Shown here: positions 53,751-64,000 of the stretch, piece by piece
Numbering within the stretch: the first letter of the stretch is position 1
Layout of the letters: every line of letters begins with the position of its first letter
Assembly (NCBI RefSeq): GCF_009914755.1
Contig: NC_060931.1
Direction: 5' to 3' (one strand)
Length of the DNA: 64,000 nucleotides
Source: the human T2T-CHM13v2.0 reference genome, Homo sapiens
Notes under the pieces: model-generated
Told to the model about the DNA's origin: nothing
The model's input: only the letters and a program-made list of their open reading frames with translations
The model's database searches: none
Position numbers and translations under genes: made by a program

Positions 53751-55634
53751 AAGAGAAAGAAAAGCATAAATTGAAACCTACTGACATACATTGCTGATTC
53801 CTATTAATTTCAAATAATGATACAATTTTTTATGGGATAGTATGTAATTCTAAACTGAATATTAGCGATTTCATAAGAGCAAACTGAAGGTTGCCATTGA
53901 CTTTTTACTTATTGATAATAAAAAACACTTTTTGTTTCTTTTGCCATAGGAGCTATCACCTACCCTGTGGCCATTCCCACACATTATGTGTACTTCCACT
54001 TCCACATCTCTTTTGGTTAGCTCCACTGAGTAGGTACAGTGTGTGTGTGAATGCGAAGTATTTTAATAGTGCAATTTGGCTTTTCATGGTCCTTAACTCT
54101 GGAAGGAACTCCATGCTCATTAAGTTTGTGGTGTTGCTGTATTGCAGATGCTGCTGAAGGCTTCCTCTGCCCTAGGCTGCCATCTTTAGTTTGCCTGCAT
54201 AGAGTAGAGTAACAAAACCAAACCAAATCAGAACTTTGACACCGATGTGGCAGGCTGTGCTTATTATCAGAATATCTTTTAATGTTTGTGTATTTGAGTT
54301 TTCGTTGAGCTGATTTTCAGAAATGCTGTCTTTTTAAATTTCCCATTTGCATTTCTGTGTCAAAGTAAAGGATTTGGAATCTGAAAAAGAATAATGTCTA
54401 ACTTGGTACCAAATAATGTTTCCAGGACTGGTTTGAAGGATCAGATGTGAGTTTTTCAAATTGGAACCTTTTCTAATGGGCCCCTGGGAAATGTCTTAGC
54501 TAAATTGCAACAGTGACTGGTGAAGTCGATCGAGGTAAATTGCTCCCATTGCTGAGGGTTCAGAAACCAGGCAGTGGAAGCTAAAATTTCAGGGGAAATC
54601 GGGCGGAACTATTGCAGATGGTTTCCCCCTTGAATAGAGATGGGGGTTGGTGTCGCTGTTGATGAATGGGAGGAGATTAAAGCCTGATTTTTGCAACGAG
54701 TTGGTAACATTCTCTTTGGGAGACTAAAGAGGAATTTATGAGAAGACCATCAGAATCAGTTAGGTGATTATTTTCAATTTTGACTACAAATGACATCTAG
54801 GAACACACCATGATGCCACTGGACTCTGTAGTGGTCTTTATTAGAAAAGTAGCAACAAGAGACTTTTTGTGATGTTTACCCTCAGTGAGCTCAGAGGTCG
54901 AGGAATTGCCCAGAATCTTGCAGATTTTCATTTAACAGTCAACCATTGAGCATTTCTGATTTGCATTTAAAAAAAATGAACCTGGCTGGTTTTGACTATT
55001 TGTGGTGATATGTTAGAATACAGATCCTCATGCAAGTATTTGTGATTGGCACGTCTCACTCAGACATATGTCTCACTCAGACATCTTCTTTGTGTTTGAG
55101 GAAGCCCCTTAAGCTCTGTGCACAGTGAGAATAGTAAAATATCACAGAATCGTGTGGCAACATTAGGCCCTTAGTAATTGGTAAAACTTGATACTAACAA
55201 CATCTGTCTGTCCATTTTTCTCAATCTCTTGTAAGTGCTGAGAGTACTGAAGTAAGGACCAAGCTTTAAATCCTTCAATTAAATATTTCGAGGCTGAGGC
55301 CTGGAGAGAATTTCTTGTATTTTAGCTCCCTATGACTCTTGGAAATTCTTCCTTTATAGAAGTTTTAGAAGATTAAGGCCTCCAATTAAGAAAGATAAAG
55401 GATCTAATGGCTCCCTTAGCTGATGAGCATTGTGTAACCATCAATTGAATGGGCTGAACTTAATATAATTAATAGGTTTGCAGCACTCCCACACCTATTA
55501 TAAGATCATATTTTGACCCATTTTTCATTTCTTCTTTATAAGCATTTAGATGTTTATGTGGCATTCACATTTTAATATTCCTTGGATGAACATGGCATCA
55601 TATGATTAGAAAACCAAAATTCATTTTTGATGGC

Positions 55635-56017
55635 TGTTGTGGTCAGATCGTGTCCTCTAAAATTCATGTGCTGGAAACTTAATTTCTAGTGTTAACAGTG
55701 CCGAGAGGTAGGGGCTTTGGGAAAGTTTAATGGATTAATGCCCACATATAAGGGCTTGTTGGAGGGAATTTGGGCTCTTTGTTGCCCCTTCCATCCTTTC
55801 TACCATGTGAGGACGCCACACTCCTCCCCTTTGGAAGATGCAGCAAACAAGGTGCCATCTTGGAAGCAAAGACTAAGCTCTTACCACACATCGAACCTGT
55901 TGGTGCCCTGATCTTGGACTCCCAGCCTACAGAACTGTGAGGAAGTTAAGTTTCTGTTATTTATAAAATTACCAAGTCTCAGGTATTGTGTTATAGCAGC
56001 ATAAATGGACTAAGACA
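55635..56017 (+). mobile_element. MST (MSTC/D-like) MaLR solo LTR
   Basis: TG...CA termini (tgttgtgg...gactaagaca); 5-bp TSD atggc / atgcc. Confidence 0.9.
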
Positions 56018-56149
56018 ATGCCAAAGGTGGCACTTGCCATAGATCTGCTGTGATGATATCAACTCTTTGCTTTCCAGGAGTTAAAGCTTTGGATTCTGAT
56101 GGGTTGATTTTCTTTTGTGTGGACCCTTGTACTGGTTACTATTTAATAG

Positions 56150-56484
<335 letters not shown>

Positions 56485-59400
56485 GTTTTTTTCTTATCTT
56501 ACCGTCTCCCAGAATTGCTATTGCCAAAATTTGGTGCAACTATGTATTTTTCTGTTTTCCCCACCACTGTTTGTATGTAATTTAGGCTGAGTTCCTCCAG
56601 GCTCTGGTGCCTGCGTTTTGTGGTTTGTAAAGTGCTGTGTACTTTTATAGCCTCTATAAATAACAAAATACAGCTCATGGCAATAACACTGTGGCACCCT
56701 AGATGTTTAGATATAGTGTGTGTTAGATGGGAAGAGAGAGAGATATATCTAGGGTACAAAGTGGCTAGCTTGCAAAACTTAATCGTCACTTACTCATCCT
56801 ACTTCTCATTTTTGTTCATTTGTTGATGGCATTCCTTTATCTTTGGGACATTTTATATGTAATGACTAGGTGTGGTGCCGTTCTCCTCTTCTCAGTATCC
56901 CTTCCCCCATCCCTTTCCACTGTTTAATGTAGTAGACATGAAGAGGAGAAGAGCTGGTTCACAGTGTGGTGAGATTTCCAACCAGATGCTTGCATGGTGG
57001 GGGCCCAGCTTCCTATCCTGGTCTTCCTGTTTTGTTTCAGTAGATCACCACAGCTGCCTTCTTATATGTGGGAGATGTGAAGCTAGGCCCTCGAATCTAT
57101 TTCTATTAGCCCTGTCAATATAGTTTGATAAAATGCAAATGTCTTTGAAATGGTAGACTTCCAATTAAAAGGCTCCAGCAGGGAGTCTGTTTTGATAATG
57201 AAAGTGATTAAGAAGGTTCTATTTTCTTCCATTGGTATGAATGTTCAGCTAAAATAGCTTGGCTTTTTGTCTGTAATTGGACTCTGCTAATGAGGTTCTA
57301 ATAACTCTTAGGTTCTAATAATGATTCTAACAAATCTATTAATTCTCTTCATTGATCAGTGCTGGGGACCAGAACACAGTCTCTGGATAGCAGTGTCATA
57401 TAAGGTTGTAAATGTCATTCATTTCCCTTTCTCCTTCATTCTAAAGAATCAATGGAGCAAATGTTTATTTCCTTAAATTCTATAATCTTATATAGATACA
57501 TCTTACCTCTGAGTAGAGCCAGACATATATGGTATATCAGTACGCATGTTAGGAATTGCCCTCAAACCCTGCAGTTTATATTAGGCCTTGAAGCATTGGT
57601 TTTGGTGTGGAAAGAGGGGCTGCAGAATAAACACATTCACAGAAGAAGACTAGGCACCATCTGAAGCCTAATTTTTAGAACGTTCATTCTGTTCAACCCC
57701 TTTCCATACGTACCTGTCAGCCCCTGGTAAAACTAGGCTTGATAATTGAATATGCCGCAGCTCTTTAGCCAGCATAATCTGGGACATAGAATAGGTTGGT
57801 GGGGGTGAGCTGCCATGGTTATCTCTCACCACCTCATTAGCGGCCTGTCACCTTCCATCTTTCGTTATTAGAGGCAATGTTTGTGTTCTCTGATTTTAAT
57901 CAAAATCTGTCTTTTAACTGACTACTTTTCTATCTTGTTCACTGTTCATTCTCAAAGGTCCTTATACTTTTCCCTTATAACAAACTTGTGAGGCAGAATT
58001 ACAAGTAGGAGAGGATTACAAAGGGATTAGAGTGGCAAATACCTGTTTTGGGTATGCTCAGTGACTCAGAATGGCCACCAAACTTGCTTTGTTATGTAAG
58101 TTCATAATTTCCATTTATAATTGTGGCCTTGTCAGTATAGCCGTCTGAATCACTGGGGACTTTTATGGAACAGAGAGGTTTTCTATGATCTTGATAGTTG
58201 AGGAATGTTTTCAAATGAAGGGATAAAACTGACTAAAAATTTAGAGACGATGAGTCTTTGTGTGAACATCCCTGTGGTTGGAAGAGCCATTTTTCTCAGG
58301 TTTCCAGCTTGTATAGATGGTGCTCATATTATCTATAGCTAATCAAATAGCAGAGTTGTGGTTTTTATTTAAATATCAGAATGACAAATTACAATAGAAT
58401 TATATTTTACCCAGGGGTAGAATCTAAGGTCAGAGTATGAGACGAAAATTGTATATAGTGAAAATTATTCTTGAAAATCCATTTAGTGTCGTTTTATTCA
58501 AACTGAAGTGCTTCAGGATGGTCAGATGCATTGTCTAGGATCAGGAACAGTTTATAGTCAAGTCCTTTCTCTTTTAAGTACAATTGGGAGGGGACAGGGC
58601 TGGATGGATAACCATCAATATTTAAAGTTATTTCCCACCTCCCTGACTCCTCTCCTACCTTCTTTATCTCAGAGAATATAGTTATATACCAATAAGTTAA
58701 ATATGTGTATATGGCAAATTCTTTGTCTTCATGGCATCTCTGGAGTTTATAAATGAATTGCTCCTGGATAAGTTAATGCTGCCATATGGTTTGTGTATCA
58801 GGAGACTGAACTGGGGATAGTGAGGTCTTGATACTGCTGGTAAAAATGTTAGCTGCTGGCGTAGAATTAAGAGTGGTCAAGAGAGGGCTTGGGTTTGTTT
58901 CTCGAAGCCCAAAAGTATTAGGTAGAGTGTTTTTTTTTTTAGAAGTGACAGTAGTAAACTCCGTTTCCTCAGGGTGCTAACTAATCAGAAGCCTGGGCTG
59001 TCTGTCCACAGGTCAGGGAGACGGATGCTCATCTTTGCCAAAGGGCAGGATGTAAACATGTTTGCCAGCCCTGTTGAATTCTTTGTGCTATTACTTGGTG
59101 ATTTCTTCTACCTGGAGTATTGAATTCCTGCTGAATTCAGAGGACTGAACTTAAATTGCTATTTCTCTCTAGCAACCTGTCCAAATAATTCTGGTCACCT
59201 CTTTTTCTGACAGTCCCTCCCTGGTTTCTCTCTGTTACTTATGTTTTGACCAGCTTCCATTCCTTGTCCAGATCTGTTTATTCCATGTATCTTGTTCCTG
59301 AGTGGGCTTCTTCGAAATTTCTTTTCCTTGTATAATGTTGATGGAATCTTAAAAAAAAAATCTGGGTGTTTGTGTGTTGTATATGTGTATATATATAAAT

Positions 59401-60104
59401 GCATATATAGATAGATGTATTTAATGAGGAATTCCATATATATGTTTATATTCCCTTTCCTTTTCCATTACAAAGGCAACTGTATGAACCAGAACAGTGC
59501 CCTTTTTGTAGCCCACTGCTGGAGTGTGCATTGCTTAATCCTCTGTTGCTTTTTAACTCTCAGCGTGTAATGAATTAAATAGTTTTTTACCCTTCCTGAT
59601 AAGGATATTTATGAGTCAGGGTGGCAGAATTCCATAGTAGCACATTAGTGTCTGCTTTGAGTTGACACATTCATGTGAGGTATCCTTCTGAATGGAGGGA
59701 AATGGAAGTGCTTTGGGACCTTGCTGCTGCCTAACCTTCCAGCTTTGTGCCACTCACCGTCACCGGTGTGCAGGGTGGCAGGCAGTGGATACCAGGGCCC
59801 AGAAGGTCTTAAACCTGCAGAATTGTGTGCACTCATTGCTTAGATATTTCCTTAGCACAACTATAGAACTTAAATATTTTTCAGTATCATGTTAGCCACC
59901 AGGGAGTGGAGACACGAAAATGTTTCTAAAAGTAAATGGGGATGGTGGGTGGCTGAGTCAGGGTGAAATACAAATAAATACAATGTTTTGTAGAATAAAA
60001 GTACTTTAAGAGAGGCACACAAGTAAAATAACATTCAAAGGATGAAAGAAATTTGAGGCTTGGAATTACATAGCTTGATATTGCTGTAACTGGTACTAAG
60101 GATA

Positions 60105-60340
60105 AATAGCAATATCATTTTGCATACCTGCACTAATTAGATCACTTTACCTGCACTATCTAATTGGTTGCTGACAAAGTCAAAGCCCTATGAGGGCTTT
60201 TAAAATCTTTATTTTTTATGTCAGGAAACTGAGGCTTGGAAAGGTTAAGTTACTTGTACAAGGTCTAATAGCTGGTAAGTGGAGTCTTTGGGACTAGAAC
60301 CCAGTCCTGACCCAAAGGCTGTACTTGTAACCACTATACC
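60105..60340 (-). mobile_element. MIR (MIRb-like)
   Basis: aggaaactgaggcttggaaaggttaagttacttg...ggtaagtggag...gaacccag. Confidence 0.85.
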
Positions 60341-62851
60341 TTACTCTTTAAATTTTCTCAGTTTTCAATTCAGTGCTTTATCTAGGTCACCAGTTCTTTC
60401 AATTAAAAAAAAAAGTGGTGGAATGAATGTGTTGAGTAGTTTGTGTTGTGCTGAATGCTTATTGCTATTTCATGCCATACACTTAATTGCTTCTATATGC
60501 TTATTGCTTAATTACATAAAATGCGGTAGTCCCTTTATAATGTTTCTGTAAAAGTGCCCACCTTTACTGTGATTTAGGCAGACCAAAAAGCAAGAGAGTG
60601 TGCTAATTTTTAATTTTGGTGGCCAGAGTTCTTTTTGGTAATGTTTTCTTTATGAGTACACTGATATCTCGTTGGCTAAAGCATGTGACTGGTCATAATG
60701 CAACTATTCAGCATGGAAGCATCAAACAGCTGTCACTGTGTAGCATCTTTTCCAGGCACCAGGATGACATCTGGACTCAGTATTTTCGTGTAAGAGAAAT
60801 GGTTCTTGCTAATCGTGTTGTCACAGGATCATACATCAAACAGAGCTAGAGGCTGTGTGCCTCTGCCAATTGCCTTCTGATCATTATTCACCCTGAGTTA
60901 AGCAAAGAAAATGATCAGCTTGGGGGCCACAGGCTAATTCTTGGCATACGTATACTATTGGTTTCCCAAGGGACCAAATTTAAGGTTTTTGTTTTCCATA
61001 GATTGGTGTAAGTGACATGAATGGGTGATGTTTGGCCAAGCTGTGAGCTAGTCAGGTGCCTTATGTGTTCATGTTCTTCCAAATAGTTGGCACAGTATAC
61101 TCTTAACTCATTGAGGTCTACTTGCAGGTAGATTGATTATGCTTAATATGAATCATACGGAATGAATGTAAAAGGTAGGATTAACTATAAAGTAATTTTT
61201 GCCAGTCGATTTTCCATCTGTGGTAGATTTGTAGTGTATTCATGAAGTGTATCCTGCCTTCTTAGGCTTATTGGAGATATATCATCAATTAAAAAAAAAG
61301 AAGTCTTAAAAAGCACCCCCCTATACACATACATACACATAGCTTAATATATTTGAATTTGAGATGAAACTTAGTCACAGTTGATGGTGGTATGTAAAAT
61401 AATACTGTGTCTTACAAGTAGAATCTTAAATTTGATATTTTGTCTTAAAAAAGTGGAACCTTAACTTTAATTAAATATGATACCTCTATTATACATCATT
61501 ATTTGGTTTTAACCCCCAACTCTCATGTCTATTTCTGTCTGCTTGGTAAATTGCCCAGCAGATTTGGATCACCTCGGTGGTTTCGCTTCCGGCTGGGCCA
61601 TCTATTTAAAAAGATGTGTGTTATTCACTGTTCATCACTGGTACTTTCCTATCCATCAGATAATGTATGCAACACTTCAGAGTTTATGTAACATTTGAGA
61701 ATTGTGGGTGATAGAAAAGACGCTAATTTAAATGCATCGGTAGCATAGTCTTCACAAATGTAATCAATGCAGAGGGGCATTAGAGGTGGGGAGTGGAACA
61801 TATATGTCAGTGAAAACTCATTTAGATTAATGCTGTTTACATTCACCAAAATAAAGAAGGAACAGTCACTATGTCCTTGAATCTTACAGGCTTAGACCTG
61901 GAGGAGACTCTGAGAGTATGTGTCTTTTCTCACTAGCCAAAATTAGATTTAAGTACTCAGATGAATGGTCCTTTTCCATGTGAACAAGGGCTTAGTATTT
62001 CCTCCGTAATTCGGTAAGAATATTTGCCCGTGCTCACAAAACCCTTACTGTAAATAGCGGTTGTCCCTTCAGTCCTAGAGAGATGCTTCTTTGCGATCTT
62101 TAAAACACACACACACACCCCAAAAACAGAAGTAATGTCTGTGATTTGTTCCCTTATACATGGTAATTTTCAGGGTTGGAAGAAATGGAGTGTCTCATCT
62201 GGTGTAGAGCTCTACTCCTAAAACATAACCATATTTTGCTCATTGTCAGAAATCCTCAAAAAATATTCCCCCAATATCTCATCTGTGCTGCCACAATGCA
62301 GAATGTTAAAAGGATATATTTCAGAGGGCCATTTTGATACTTGTTTACATGCTGCCTAAAAATAAATTATGAAACATGTAATTTTTTTTTTAATTACCAA
62401 GGAGTATTCTAAACAAACATTTCCAGCTACTATCTTGCAAGCAAATCTTATGAAACAGTGACATTTGTTTGATACATTTGCCTTGGTAGCAGAATGAACC
62501 AGGAATCATCTGTCACCAAAGTGTCAATCTCAGAATTTATTTCAGTTTCTTCCTTTTTGATATAATAGGTATAATTAATTTCACTTAACAAGTATATTTC
62601 ACTTTCTAATAATGAAACTTATTTGGTTTTCCATTTGACAATTTGGGTGATGGTCACCAAGTTTTTATTTTCCAGATTATGCTAACCTTATTTGATTGGC
62701 ATACACCACACACTGAATGGAGAAACCACAGTGAAAGCTTTTTCATTTTAGTCCTGAGTTAAGAGTTTGTTCTAACAGTAGTGTTGTCTGTGATATATAA
62801 ATAAGCATATATACAAAAGGACTGTCTCTCTCCTTGAGAATGAAAATTCTT

Positions 62852-63149
<298 letters not shown>

Positions 63150-63380
63150 TTATTAATGAGAAGGAGTCAGGTTAGAATAATGGTTTGGGATGTTTGTTGC
63201 AAACATATTTTGAAATTAGGAAAAAAAAAAGAAAAGGAAACTATTTTTTGCATTTTGTCAGCCATTTTGAGGTTTTTGGATTCAGTATGAAATGGCCATC
63301 GCTGGGTATGTGGAAGAATAGATACTTCTTGCAGTGTTAACTGAGCCCTCTTTTTCTTCACTGTCTCCTCGAAAAAAAAT

Positions 63381-63485
63381 CTGTTGTGGGTTGAATTGTG
63401 CCCTCGCAGAAGAGATCTTAAAATTCTACTTTTTTGAAGTGACATTTAATTTTCTACTTTAATGAAGGTGACATTATTTGGGAAA
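63381..63485 (+). mobile_element. MLT1 LTR 5' fragment
   Basis: tgttgtgggttgaattgtgccc...gtgacattatttgg. Confidence 0.55.
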
Positions 63486-64000
63486 CATAACATTTTGGTC
63501 AAGGACAGACCACATATACTCTTTTATGATGGTGGTTCCATAAGATTACATTGGAGCTGAAAAATTCCTATTGCCTACTGATGTAGCCTTTGTAACATCA
63601 TAGCACAATGAATTACTCACATGTTGGAGGTGATGCTGGTGTAAACAAGCCTACTGCACTTCCAGTCGTATAATAATAATAAACGACTACATGACTAGTT
63701 TCTGTATTTACGATACCATCCTTTCTATCATCGTTTTAGAGTATACTCTTTCTGCTTATTTTTTTGAAAAGTTAACTATAAAACAGCCTCAGGCAGTAGG
63801 TATTTTAGAAGAAGGCATTGTTATCCGAGGAGATGACAGCTCCATGTGTGTTATTGCCCCTGAAGACCTTCTAAGTGGGACAAGATGTGGAGATTCAAGA
63901 CAGTGATATAAATGCTCTTGACCCTGTGTAAACCTAGGCTAATGTGTATGTTTGTGTTTAAGTTTTAAACAAAAAACTTTAAGACAATAAAACTTTAAAA
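63486..64000. mobile_element. Tigger3/3b (Golem), runs off the window end
   Basis: ggtggttccataagatta...ggagctgaaaaattcctattgccta...ggtgtaaacaagcctactgc...ggagatgacagctccatg. Confidence 0.88.

Overview
Primate, almost certainly human, intronic DNA from the SND1 locus (Tudor-SN/p100; from memory chr7q32), transcribed on the + strand. The only convincing coding sequence is one 114-nt, phase 0/0 internal exon at 10953-11066 ([38 protein letters not shown]). From memory this is exon 10, at the start of the third SNase-like domain. The rest is the end of the upstream intron and about 53 kb of a very long downstream intron, filled with Alu/FAM/FLAM, antisense L1/HAL1, L2, MIR, MaLR LTRs and hAT/Tigger transposon fossils. 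All other ORFs in the track look repeat-derived or random. I cannot support a new multi-gene system. The most unusual signals seen directly are: a ~129-nt fold-back inverted duplication at 12132-12260; an exact 27-bp direct repeat 1.5 kb apart in apparently unique DNA; an AG|GT recursive-type start to the SND1 exon; a well-defined candidate 200-nt poison exon; and several candidate enhancers. Repeat subfamily names and exon numbering come from recall, not from a database search.
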